A model generated the notes under the pieces. The model did not search any database, was not told the origin of the DNA, and saw only the letters and a list, made by a program, of their open reading frames with translations. DNA of 64,000 nt from an uncultured Nitrospiraceae bacterium (GTDB lineage: Bacteria; Nitrospirota; Thermodesulfovibrionia; Thermodesulfovibrionales; Dissulfurispiraceae): NCBI GenBank assembly GCA_963705105.1, contig CAVPIW010000006.1:544001-608000 (forward strand). Reading direction: 5' to 3'. The position numbers and the translations under genes were made by a program. Below, piece after piece: positions 51,037 through 59,902 of the stretch (the first letter of the stretch is position 1; every line of letters begins with the position of its first letter).

Positions 51037-52614
51037 ATGAACTACGAGGTTCTCGTCATCATCATCGGCGCCTATGCGCTCATCACGGGGTATCTCGGCT
51101 GGCTCGGCTACAGGAAGACAACGAGCGCTGCCGACTATCTCGTCGGCGGCAGAGAGATCCATCCCGTCCTCATGGCCCTCGCCTACGGCAGCACATTCAT
51201 CAGCACATCGGCCATCGTCGGTTTCGGCGGCGTCGCCGCCCTCCTCGGCATGGGCCTCCTGTATCTCACGTTCCTCAACATCCTCGTGGGCATTTTCATC
51301 GCTTTCGTCGTCTTCGGACGGAGGACCCGCAGCATCGGCGCCCGCCTCGACGCGCACACCTTTCCCGAGCTCCTCGGCCGCCGCTTCGGATCGCGGTTCA
51401 TCCAGGGGTTCTCCGGCGGGATCATCGCCCTGCTCCTGCCCCTCTACGCCTCAGCGGTCATGATCGGCGGCGCCCGCTTCCTCGAGGTCCAGCTGAAAAT
51501 GGACTATGGTCTCGCCCTCTTTGTTTTTTCGGCCATTGTGGTGTTCTATGTGTTTTTCGGCGGGCTGAAGGGCGTTGTCTATACCGACGCGTTTCAGGGC
51601 ACGATCATGCTTGCCGGCATGACAGTGCTCCTCATTTATACCTACACTCTCGTCGGGGGCTTCGGGAGTCATCAGGCGCTTACAGACCTGGCGCCGCTAG
51701 TGCCTCAGAAATTGCGGGCCGACGGTCACCAGGGGTGGACGGCCATGCCGTCATTCGGTTCGAAGATATGGTGGCAGATGGTCTCGACGATCATCCTCGG
51801 CGTCGGCATCGGTGTGCTCGCGCAGCCCCAGCTCGCCGTCCGGTTCATGACGGTGAAGAGCGGCAGGGAACTGCACCGGGCACTTGTGCCGGGAGGGATA
51901 TTCATGCTTGTCATGGTCGGCGTCGCCTACATCGTCGGCTCTCTCAGCAACCTCTACTTCTGGAGAAAGGAAGGTAAGATCGCCCTCGCCATGGTGACTG
52001 ACCCTGCAACAGGCAAACCGAATATCGATAAAATCATGCCGACATTCATCAGCCACGCAATGCCCGAGTGGTTCGGCTACCTCTTCTTGGTCACCCTGCT
52101 CGCGGCGGCCATGTCGACCCTGAGCGGCCTCTTCCACGCCATCGGCACGTCCATCGGGAGAGACCTCTATCAGCAGGCGATCGCCGGGGGCAAACACCAG
52201 GAGCGGACCGTACCGATCGCGAAGTGCGGGATCTTTTTCGCCTTTATCGTCTCGACGATCCTTGCCTATAACCTCGAGCCGGGCATCATCGCCATCGCGA
52301 CGGCCCTGTTTTTCGGCATGTGCGCGGCCGTCTTCCTCCCGGCTTATGTATCGGCCCTGTTCTGGAAGGCAGCGACCCGGTCAGGCGTCATCGCCGGCAT
52401 CGTCACGGGGTTTTCATCGTGGGCCCTCTGGGTGCTCTTCATCCATGAGAGGGAATCGGCCGCTCTCGGGATTTCAAAGCTCCTTTTCGGCGTCCCGAGC
52501 CTCGTCACCGGCACCATGTGGGCCGTCGTCGACCCCATCGTCATCGCGCTGCCCCTGTCGTCCCTCGTGACCGTCGCGGGCTCGGTCATGACCAAGGACC
52601 GGGGCCGCTCCTGA
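51037..52614 (+). CDS. Sodium:solute symporter family transporter
   Basis: DYLVGGR, STFISTSAIVGFGG, GGLKGVVYTD, QPQLAVRF, AAAMST; many TM helices. Confidence 0.95.
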   Translation: MNYEVLVIIIGAYALITGYLGWLGYRKTTSAADYLVGGREIHPVLMALAYGSTFISTSAIVGFGGVAALLGMGLLYLTFLNILVGIFIAFVVFGRRTRSIGARLDAHTFPELLGRRFGSRFIQGFSGGIIALLLPLYASAVMIGGARFLEVQLKMDYGLALFVFSAIVVFYVFFGGLKGVVYTDAFQGTIMLAGMTVLLIYTYTLVGGFGSHQALTDLAPLVPQKLRADGHQGWTAMPSFGSKIWWQMVSTIILGVGIGVLAQPQLAVRFMTVKSGRELHRALVPGGIFMLVMVGVAYIVGSLSNLYFWRKEGKIALAMVTDPATGKPNIDKIMPTFISHAMPEWFGYLFLVTLLAAAMSTLSGLFHAIGTSIGRDLYQQAIAGGKHQERTVPIAKCGIFFAFIVSTILAYNLEPGIIAIATALFFGMCAAVFLPAYVSALFWKAATRSGVIAGIVTGFSSWALWVLFIHERESAALGISKLLFGVPSLVTGTMWAVVDPIVIALPLSSLVTVAGSVMTKDRGRS

Positions 52615-52626
52615 GCTACACATAAC

Positions 52627-52825
52627 CATATCGTTGCATACGCCTTCCGGAAAGGCGGGGCTGGGGTGTATGCACCGAAAACCTTGCTGCGGCGACACCT
52701 GTATCATTGCGAAGGCGAGGCATACGCCGATGTCAGGAGAATTGGACTTCTTTTCCGACACTGACACTCACACTCACACTGTTTTCAGAGCGCTTCGCCC
52801 GCCTTTGTCATGCAATTGTGAGGTT
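52627..52825 (+). repeat. Intergenic modular repeat, short unit (copy R11)
   Basis: Highly similar to 53276-53480. Confidence 0.9.
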
Positions 52826-52831
52826 GGCTGA

Positions 52832-53143
52832 CTAACAGCCTTCGACGGGTTTCTTCTTTGCAGGCTCTGTTGCCGGCTTCTTCGGCGCATCCGGTGCTTT
52901 GCTCGGCGGGGCCGGCGCAGGTTCAGGCTTCGGGGCCTCTTTCACGGTCTTCGGCGCGGGCTTCTCCGGGACACCGGTGGTCTGCTCAACGGGCTTTTCC
53001 GGCGCCGCCGGCACGGGGCTGACGGCCTCCTTCTTCGGGGCCTCGGCGGGTTTCTGCTCCTCCGCCTTCTTGCATCCCCCGGCAAACAGAAGACATGCCG
53101 AGCACAAGGCCACCACAACGATAATCAATCCGTTCTTCATCAT
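52832..53143 (-). CDS. Small Pro/Lys/Ala-rich putative lipoprotein
   Basis: Signal peptide ending LFAGGC, low-complexity body, ends KKKPVEGC. Confidence 0.7.
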   Translation of the reverse strand: MMKNGLIIVVVALCSACLLFAGGCKKAEEQKPAEAPKKEAVSPVPAAPEKPVEQTTGVPEKPAPKTVKEAPKPEPAPAPPSKAPDAPKKPATEPAKKKPVEGC

Positions 53144-53275
53144 GACGCACCTCCGAGGGGAAAAAAATGTCACTCTTCCGGCGATATTCATTCCATGATA
53201 TCCTAAATGTATGATCGATGCAAACATCGGGCAGGCGGCTGCGTTGGGAATGCGCGTCGCCAAGCGATGGGATAA

Positions 53276-53480
53276 CCTTATCGTTGCAATACATTCCCCG
53301 GAAAGGCGGGGCTGGGGTGCATGCGCCGAAAACCGTGCTGCGGCGACACCTGTATCATTGCGGAAGGCGCGGCATACGCCGATGTCAGGAGAATTGGACC
53401 TCTTTTCCGACACTGACACTGACACTCACACTGACACTGTTTTCAGAGCGCTTCGCCCCGCCTTTCCATGTAACGACAGG
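53276..53480 (+). repeat. Intergenic modular repeat, short unit (copy R12)
   Basis: CCTTATCGTTGCAATAC...GGAAAGGCGGGGCTGGGG...GACACT tract...CGCCCCGCCTTTCCATG. Confidence 0.9.
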
Positions 53481-53503
53481 GATACCTCATCCGTGGCAGG
53501 TCC

Positions 53504-54793
53504 GTGGTGAAGACGGCAACACTCCTGCACAGCAATGCAGGCGCCCTTACTCTCCCTCTGCTCCTGTTCATCTGCCTCGTCCTCGTCATGGCTCTCGCGA
53601 CGGGCGCAGTCATTTCCTCGACGGCACAACATATCCGGACCGTCGAGAGGCTCGCCCAGGAGGCCCTGAACAGCACCGCCCTCGCCCTCGCCTCCACAAC
53701 GGAACGCATGGTGGCCGAAAGGGGAGCCATGAGCGGCGAGGAATTCCGTGATGTCCTGTCTGACCGGGTCGTCGCGTATGCACTTATCGCGTCCGAAAAC
53801 GGCACCATCCTGTTTCATACCAACCCCCGTCTTGTGGGCGCCGCGTTAACCGAACGGGAAAACATGGCGTCATTCCTCCCCCTCAACATGACAGGGCGCA
53901 GGGTGACCCTGCAGACGGGCACCCCGGCCTATGAGTTTTTCTATATCCTTCATCGTGATGACGGCGCGGCGGACCTTCTCAAGATCGTGTTGCACACATT
54001 CCCCGCAGACTCCATCACCGAAAGGGCGAAGGAAATGTGGTGGAGCGTCGCGGTGGTGCTCACCGCCCTCTGGATTGTCGGCCTTGCCCTCGCATGGACC
54101 GTCCGCAGATACGCCGGCCTCCAGGCGAAGCGGGAAAAAGACAGGCAGATGGCGGTGATCGGACAGATGACATCCGTCCTGGCCCACGAGATCAGGAACG
54201 CCATCGGCGGCGTCAAGGGCTTCACGCAGTGGATCGACGAGAAGACGGAATCCTCGGACCACCGGAAAGCCGCCCTGGCCCTCGTGCTGAAGGGGACGGG
54301 GAGGATCGAAACACTGGTGAATGACCTTCTCCTCTATGCGCGCAATGAGACATACTCGATCGAAAGTGTCAATGTCGCGCCCCTTCTTGACGAGGCAATG
54401 ACTGTCGCCACCGCATCCTGGGAGGGAGAGAAGAAATCTGAATTCGACCCTGACATTCCCGTGCTGGCAGACAGGGAGAAACTCCTCCGTGTATTATTGA
54501 ATGGGATGCAGAATGCGGTGCAAGCAATGGGCGACGGGGGGCATCTCAGGGTATCGGCGAAATCCTCCGGCAGGTGGGTCACCATCGTCATCGAGGATAA
54601 CGGCCCCGGCATCTCCCCGGACGTGCAGGAGCACCTCTTCTCTCCCTTTTACACAACCAAGCCGACGGGAACGGGACTGGGGCTTGCATATTGCGGAAAG
54701 GCAATCGGAGACATGAAGGGAACAATCACACTTATGAACAGGACGAACGGCCGGGGCGCCGCGCTTACGATACGGCTTCCGGCGCCGCCGTGA
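53504..54793 (+). CDS. Membrane sensor histidine kinase (ZraS/NtrB-like)
   Basis: Two TM segments, LAHEIRN H-box, NAVQA, DNGPG, GTGLGL. Confidence 0.93.
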   Translation: MVKTATLLHSNAGALTLPLLLFICLVLVMALATGAVISSTAQHIRTVERLAQEALNSTALALASTTERMVAERGAMSGEEFRDVLSDRVVAYALIASENGTILFHTNPRLVGAALTERENMASFLPLNMTGRRVTLQTGTPAYEFFYILHRDDGAADLLKIVLHTFPADSITERAKEMWWSVAVVLTALWIVGLALAWTVRRYAGLQAKREKDRQMAVIGQMTSVLAHEIRNAIGGVKGFTQWIDEKTESSDHRKAALALVLKGTGRIETLVNDLLLYARNETYSIESVNVAPLLDEAMTVATASWEGEKKSEFDPDIPVLADREKLLRVLLNGMQNAVQAMGDGGHLRVSAKSSGRWVTIVIEDNGPGISPDVQEHLFSPFYTTKPTGTGLGLAYCGKAIGDMKGTITLMNRTNGRGAALTIRLPAPP

Positions 54794-54834
54794 ACCCTCC
54801 TTTTCATGGGTTTTACGCAACGATGTGGGTTATT

Positions 54835-54982
54835 TAGTGTCTGTTTATAAACTCATAAAGTGCAGTATATTTGTCATTCCGGCTTGTCCGGAATCGTTCT
54901 TTCAGAAGGATTCCCGACGCCCCCGCATCACGTGCGGGGTTGCGGGAATGACAGATGAAGTCTACTTTATGGACAGACTCTA
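54835..54982. mobile_element. MITE-like element enclosing a GTCATTCC-type REP pair
   Basis: TAGTGTCTGTTTATAAACT ... ACTTTATGGACAGACTCTA inverted ends; internal TGTCATTCCGGC ... GCGGGAATGACA. Confidence 0.65.
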
Positions 54983-55003
54983 TTTAGACAGTAGTGAGGT
55001 GAT

Positions 55004-56335
55004 ATGAATAAAACGATACTGGTTGTTGACGACGATGAATTGATGCGGGCCTTCTTCGTGACCGTTCTCCGCGAAGAGGGGTACACCGTTGACGAGGCCC
55101 CGGACGGGAAGAAGGCGCTCGCGCGGCTCAGCGGAGCCGATATCGGCCTGGTCATAACGGACGTAAAGATGCCGGGACTGAGCGGCATGACACTCCTGGA
55201 GGAAGGCAGAAAGATGCGCCCCGATGTCAGGTGGATCATGATCACCGCCTACGGGTCTATCGGGCAGGCCGTCGAAGCGATGAAGGCCGGAGCGAGCGAC
55301 TATCTGGCGAAGCCCCTGCAGAGCCCCGAGGAGCTGCGCCACGTCGTGCGCCGGGTTCTCAGGGACGCGGAGAACGAGCGCAGGATAGAGCTGCTGACGG
55401 AGGAGCTCGGCAGCGCCTTTCCGCCGCCGGAGATGGTCTTCCTGGGGGAAGGAATGCAGGAGGTCTACCGGCTTGTGCAGGAGGTTGCGCCGACGCCCGC
55501 GACGGTCCTCGTTCTTGGGCCGAGCGGGACCGGCAAGGAGCTCATCGCGCGGGTCATTCACCGGCTGAGCCCGAGAAAGGACAAGCCCTTCGTCGCCGTC
55601 AACTGCGCAGCCCTTGCTGAATCTGTCCTCGAAAGCGAGCTTTTCGGTCACGAACGCGGCTCTTTCACCGGTGCGGCGGGCATGAGAAAAGGACGGTTCG
55701 AGCTTGCCGACGGCGGAACGATGTTTCTCGACGAAGTGGCGGAGATACCGCCGCCCGTACAGGTCAAACTGCTGCGCGTCCTCCAGGAGCGGGCCATCGA
55801 GCGGGTCGGCGGCTCGACGGCCATCCCTGTCGACATCCGGATCATATCGGCGACAAACAAGGACCTGACGGCCGAGGTGGCGGCAAACCGCTTCAGGGAG
55901 GACCTCTTTTACCGGGTCAACGTCTTCCCCATCACCCTGCCGCCGCTCACCGGCAGAAGGGATGCGATCATTCCCCTGGCGGAGTATTTCGTCAAGAAAT
56001 ATGCGGCATCCCTCGGCAAGAAACCGTGTCCCCTGTCGGACAGCGCACGGTCCCGCCTGCTGGACTATCACTGGCCGGGGAACATCCGTGAGCTCCAGAA
56101 CGTGATAGAGAGGGCCGTCATCCTCTGCAAAGACGTGATCGATGCCTGTCATCTGAACCTGCAGGCGGCAGATGAAGGGGCTGCTCCGGAAGGGGGTATG
56201 CTCGGGAGGAGGGAGAGGGAAGCGATTGAGGAGGCCCTTCTCAAGACGGGAGGGAACAGGAAAAAAGCGGCGGAGATGCTCGGCATTTCCCGGAGGACTT
56301 TGCATTATCGGCTCAAACAGTTCGGGATTACGTAA
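55004..56335 (+). CDS. Sigma54-dependent response regulator (NtrC/ZraR/AtoC family)
   Basis: Receiver VVDDD/TDVKMP, GPSGTGKE, ESELFGHERGSFTGA, FLDEV, WPGNIREL, C-terminal Fis-type HTH. Confidence 0.96.
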   Translation: MNKTILVVDDDELMRAFFVTVLREEGYTVDEAPDGKKALARLSGADIGLVITDVKMPGLSGMTLLEEGRKMRPDVRWIMITAYGSIGQAVEAMKAGASDYLAKPLQSPEELRHVVRRVLRDAENERRIELLTEELGSAFPPPEMVFLGEGMQEVYRLVQEVAPTPATVLVLGPSGTGKELIARVIHRLSPRKDKPFVAVNCAALAESVLESELFGHERGSFTGAAGMRKGRFELADGGTMFLDEVAEIPPPVQVKLLRVLQERAIERVGGSTAIPVDIRIISATNKDLTAEVAANRFREDLFYRVNVFPITLPPLTGRRDAIIPLAEYFVKKYAASLGKKPCPLSDSARSRLLDYHWPGNIRELQNVIERAVILCKDVIDACHLNLQAADEGAAPEGGMLGRREREAIEEALLKTGGNRKKAAEMLGISRRTLHYRLKQFGIT

Positions 56336-56387
56336 ATGGAACGGCTCTTGCAAAGATTGATTATTGATACTTGCGTGAATGAAATAA

Positions 56388-56570
56388 CATTATCGTCGCA
56401 CACCCCCTCCGAAAAGGCGGGGCTGGGGTGAATGCGCCGAAAACCTTGGTGCGGCGACACCTGTATCGAGACATGGGTGAATTGGACATCTTTTCCGACA
56501 CAGACACTCACACTCACACTGACATTGTTTCCAGAGTGCTTCGCCCCGCCTTTTCACGCAACTGATAGGT
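56388..56570 (+). repeat. Intergenic modular repeat, short unit (copy R13)
   Basis: Same termini and CACACT tract as R11 and R12. Confidence 0.88.
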
Positions 56571-56574
56571 AACC

Positions 56575-57075
56575 ATGAAGATTTCTGTCGTGTTCATCAT
56601 CCTGCTCATGACGCTCCTCGTTCCGCAGGGCGCCCCGTCGGCGGAGGACGCCCTGCTCGAAAAAAGCGGCATCCGTTATCCCGAAGGGTTCGATCTCAAC
56701 ACGGTCCATGAAATCCAGGGAAAGGTGCGGGGGGTCACCATGCCCGAACAGGGGCCTGTCAGCTTCAGCCTCTCTGCAAAGAGAGAGGCCTATACGGTTT
56801 TCGCGTCGCCCCGGTGGTACTGGGATGACCTTGAGGTCTCCCTCGGGGAAGGCGCGGAGGTACGCGTCCTCGGATCGACGACGCTGGGCAGGGACGGACA
56901 CCTTTACATTGTCGCCCAGGAGCTGACTGTCCTCGATTCCCGCAAGTCATACAGTTTCAGGGCGAGCGACGGGACCCCGCTCTGGAGAGGACCCCGTATC
57001 GGATCAGGCGGGAGGGGCGTGGGAGGCGGCCACCAGATGAGGGGCGGCGGAGGCCAGGGAAGGGGGCGGAGATGA
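56575..57075 (+). CDS. Exported hypothetical protein, possible OB-fold, Gly/Arg-rich tail
   Basis: Signal peptide, beta-rich core, DGTPLWRG then a GR-rich tail; ATGA overlap with the next gene. Confidence 0.7.
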   Translation: MKISVVFIILLMTLLVPQGAPSAEDALLEKSGIRYPEGFDLNTVHEIQGKVRGVTMPEQGPVSFSLSAKREAYTVFASPRWYWDDLEVSLGEGAEVRVLGSTTLGRDGHLYIVAQELTVLDSRKSYSFRASDGTPLWRGPRIGSGGRGVGGGHQMRGGGGQGRGRR

Positions 57076-57965
57076 CGACTCGGGGGTCGGCCTCTTTTTT
57101 CCTTTCCATCGCCTCAGCCATCCTTCTGCTCATTGCAGGGATTCCCGCCGGGGCCGCCTGGGAATCCCTCGTCAGAGTCGGCTTCGACTCCAACGTCAAC
57201 AGGGACATCGACAATGAGAAGAGCGACACCTATGCATCGTTCAGACTCCTGACGGAGAAGGAACCGACCGGTGAATCCCGCATGGAGTGGACCTATGCGG
57301 CATTGGTCGAAGCGACAGTATACAACCGCTATGATGAACTGAATTCCATAGACCTTTCCTTCACTCCCGGGCTCGTCTACCGGCCGCACCTCTCGGTGAC
57401 CATCGGACTCCACCCCTTTGTGGGCGGGCAGTTGGTGAGCGAATCGGACCTGTCCTCTCTGACTGTCGGGGGCCAGGCAAGTCTCCGCGGCTATATCTCT
57501 CCATCTGTCTCTCTGAATGTCTACTATTCCTATCGGGAGAGTTTTGCCAACAACGATATTTATTCCTACGGGATGCACAGTGCGGGAATCGCTGCTTCAA
57601 TGGCGGTCAGCGCGAAGGTCGCCATTGAGGCGGGCTATGAATACGGTCACGGCGACTCCTTTCTCGGGCTGGGGGGAGAAGACAAATCAGGACAGGGGGG
57701 TCCTCCTGGAGGGGGACAGCGACCTGGAGGGGGACAGGGACCCGGAGGGGGACAGGGGAACCAGTTCCGCGGCAGCCTCTCCCCCGTCTTCGGTGAATCC
57801 GTCGTCAAAGAGACCGTCGACCGGCACACCTTCGAAGCGGCAGTGACCGTCAATTGGAATCGTTCCTGGTTCAGTTCCGTACAGTATATCTTCACCTCCT
57901 GGCAGGGTGATTCAGGGACTGCATCATCCCACGGGGGATACCTGTCCGCAGGCTATCGCTTCTGA
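57072..57965 (+). CDS. Putative outer-membrane beta-barrel protein
   Basis: Signal peptide, GFDSNV, alternating aromatic strands, C-terminal AGYRF beta-signal. Confidence 0.75.
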   Translation: MTTRGSASFFLSIASAILLLIAGIPAGAAWESLVRVGFDSNVNRDIDNEKSDTYASFRLLTEKEPTGESRMEWTYAALVEATVYNRYDELNSIDLSFTPGLVYRPHLSVTIGLHPFVGGQLVSESDLSSLTVGGQASLRGYISPSVSLNVYYSYRESFANNDIYSYGMHSAGIAASMAVSAKVAIEAGYEYGHGDSFLGLGGEDKSGQGGPPGGGQRPGGGQGPGGGQGNQFRGSLSPVFGESVVKETVDRHTFEAAVTVNWNRSWFSSVQYIFTSWQGDSGTASSHGGYLSAGYRF

Positions 57966-57992
57966 AGAATTCGGCTCTCATTTCCGACAACC

Positions 57993-58104
57993 AAGCAATA
58001 ATTGCGCACCTGCGCAGAAAAGAGCGCAAATATTGCGCACCCCGATGACGCTCCTGCCTCTTTTCTCTATCTTTCAGAATGTTACCTCCTGGCACAAATG
58101 TTGA
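57993..58104 (+). promoter_or_regulatory. Putative sigma54 promoter with upstream activator sites
   Basis: TGGCAC-N5-TTGA at 58090-58104; palindromic GCGCAAATATTGCGC and GCAATAATTGC upstream. Confidence 0.6.
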
Positions 58105-58156
58105 TATATGTTCATGAAGCACCAGTAAACCCACACTCATGAAGGAGGTAGTAAAA

Positions 58157-58444
58157 ATGAAAAAAGGCATTGGAGTTTTTCTGATCGCTGCATCGACCGT
58201 TTTCCTCTTCTCGCTGTCCGACGCGGATGCGCAGGGAAGGGGTCAGGGAGCGCGACTCAGGGACGGGTCATGCACAAGGTCCAACACGAGCACGCAGACA
58301 CAGACACAAACCGGTTCGACATGGACCAACCGGAACAGGAGCGGTGTTCGGCCGATGGACGGCAGCGGCGCCGGTTTCGGTGACGGGACACGGCCTCAGC
58401 CCCGCGACGGCAGCGGCTTCGGCAGAGGGGCGACGAGACAGTAA
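58157..58444 (+). CDS. Small secreted Gly/Arg-rich protein with repeated DGS motifs
   Basis: AGGAGG RBS, signal peptide (ADA), RLRDGSC, PMDGSG, PRDGSG. Confidence 0.75.
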   Translation: MKKGIGVFLIAASTVFLFSLSDADAQGRGQGARLRDGSCTRSNTSTQTQTQTGSTWTNRNRSGVRPMDGSGAGFGDGTRPQPRDGSGFGRGATRQ

Positions 58445-58464
58445 CTGTTTCCGGAAAGGGATGA

Positions 58465-58498
58465 AGAAAGGGCCTGCCCCGCACGCAGGCCCTTTCTT
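58465..58498. terminator. Intrinsic terminator, probably bidirectional
   Basis: AAGAAAGGGCCTGC-loop-GCAGGCCCTTTCTT between convergent genes. Confidence 0.75.
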
Positions 58499-58516
58499 AA
58501 TGAACCCACGCCCTCT

Positions 58517-58978
58517 TCACAATCCTTCCCTGATAACCCTCTCCCTGATCGATTCTATCCGGCTGCGGTTCACGCCGATGTCCCAGTACCCGGTGCGGGA
58601 TGCGGAGCGGACATGGATGACCCCGTTCTCCCGGTCCAGGAGGAACTGGGCGTCATCGACGAAACCCAGCAGGGTCCTGAACTCGGCATGCATGTACCCT
58701 TCCACATCGGTCACGATCGTCGCCCTCTTCATGGTCATGATGATCTTCCTGAGCCGGTTCATCGCGTCATCCGGCGAGGAGGTGTAGCGCAACGGCTCGA
58801 TGAAATGACCCTCGTCGGCACTCAGGCTCGAAACACAGTTCGGCGATGAAGGACAGGGTGCGAGTCTCCCTTTCATAGCGTCGTCACTACTCACTACGGC
58901 CTCTCCAAAAACAGCAACGAGCAGGCATAAGACGACAAGCGAGAGGCACCCCAGAAGAGTTGTATTTTTTTCCATCAT
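58517..58978 (-). CDS. DUF1499 family protein
   Basis: LAPCPSSPNCVSS, GFVDD, VRSASRTGYWDIGVNR.R. Confidence 0.9.
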   Translation of the reverse strand: MMEKNTTLLGCLSLVVLCLLVAVFGEAVVSSDDAMKGRLAPCPSSPNCVSSLSADEGHFIEPLRYTSSPDDAMNRLRKIIMTMKRATIVTDVEGYMHAEFRTLLGFVDDAQFLLDRENGVIHVRSASRTGYWDIGVNRSRIESIRERVIREGL

Positions 58979-59078
58979 GTTCCATAGTAAAACCAGTACG
59001 GTCTTTTCTTCAAGTGTCGCCAGCTGCTGCGCCGATCACGCCAGACCCGACACTGCCACGGCAGGGACTGCAGACACA

Positions 59079-59633
59079 ATGGAATCCCCACAGGTCACAT
59101 TCAGACGGGCACGGCAGGCCGATTATCCCGCCCTTGTCGGACTGCAGCAGGAGAACCTCTTTTCCAGCCTCAGCGGGGATGAGCTGACAGACGGATTCCT
59201 CTCGATCGCCTATTCCCCGGAAGAGTTCGAGGCGATGAACAGGGACCTTGCCGTCGTCGTCGCCGAGAAGGGCGGTACGATCGTCGGTTACCTCTGCGGG
59301 ACGACCTGCACATATGCCCGTCAATTCCCGATCCTCCGCGCCCTTCTCGACGTACTCACGGAAACCCCCGTTGCCGGGATCTTTCTGACACCGTCCAACA
59401 CGTTCATCTACGGCCCCGTCTGCGTTGCAAAACATGCCAGGGGTTCAGGCATCCTCGCAGGCCTGGTCCGAACATTGTGCGACATCGCCCGTGAACGCTA
59501 CGCTTTTTGTGCCCTCTTTATCGCCGACGCAAACAGGCGCTCTCTCAGGGCACACCTCAAGCTCGGCATGGACGATCTCGGAACCTTCGAGTTGAGCGGA
59601 ATGACTTACCACGCTCTCGCCATGGCCCTCTGA
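59079..59633 (+). CDS. GNAT-family N-acetyltransferase
   Basis: FRRARQAD, YGPVCVAKHARGSG, NRRSLRAH.KLG. Confidence 0.85.
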   Translation: MESPQVTFRRARQADYPALVGLQQENLFSSLSGDELTDGFLSIAYSPEEFEAMNRDLAVVVAEKGGTIVGYLCGTTCTYARQFPILRALLDVLTETPVAGIFLTPSNTFIYGPVCVAKHARGSGILAGLVRTLCDIARERYAFCALFIADANRRSLRAHLKLGMDDLGTFELSGMTYHALAMAL

Positions 59634-59653
59634 CCGGCTGCGTATAAACGGAC

Positions 59654-59893
59654 ATCATCGTTGCACATGCCCTCGGGAAAGGCGGGGCGGAGGCGCTGAA
59701 AAGCCCCGGTGCTGCGAACCCTCCGCCTTCCCATAAGGACCATTTCAGGCCGACGGTCGATGCCACAAAGAATGGAATCGAATCGTGTAGGGGCCGTTCC
59801 CCGAACGGCCCGACATTAATGAACTGACACTCACACTGTCACTGACACTGTTTTTCAGAGTGCTTCACCCCGCCTTTTCATGCATTGCAGGGT
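59654..59893 (+). repeat. Intergenic modular repeat (copy R14) containing a GTAG-type REP
   Basis: Short-unit termini plus GTAGGGGCCGTTCCCCGAACGGCCC at 59787-59811. Confidence 0.85.
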
Positions 59894-59902
59894 AGTCTGA
59901 CC

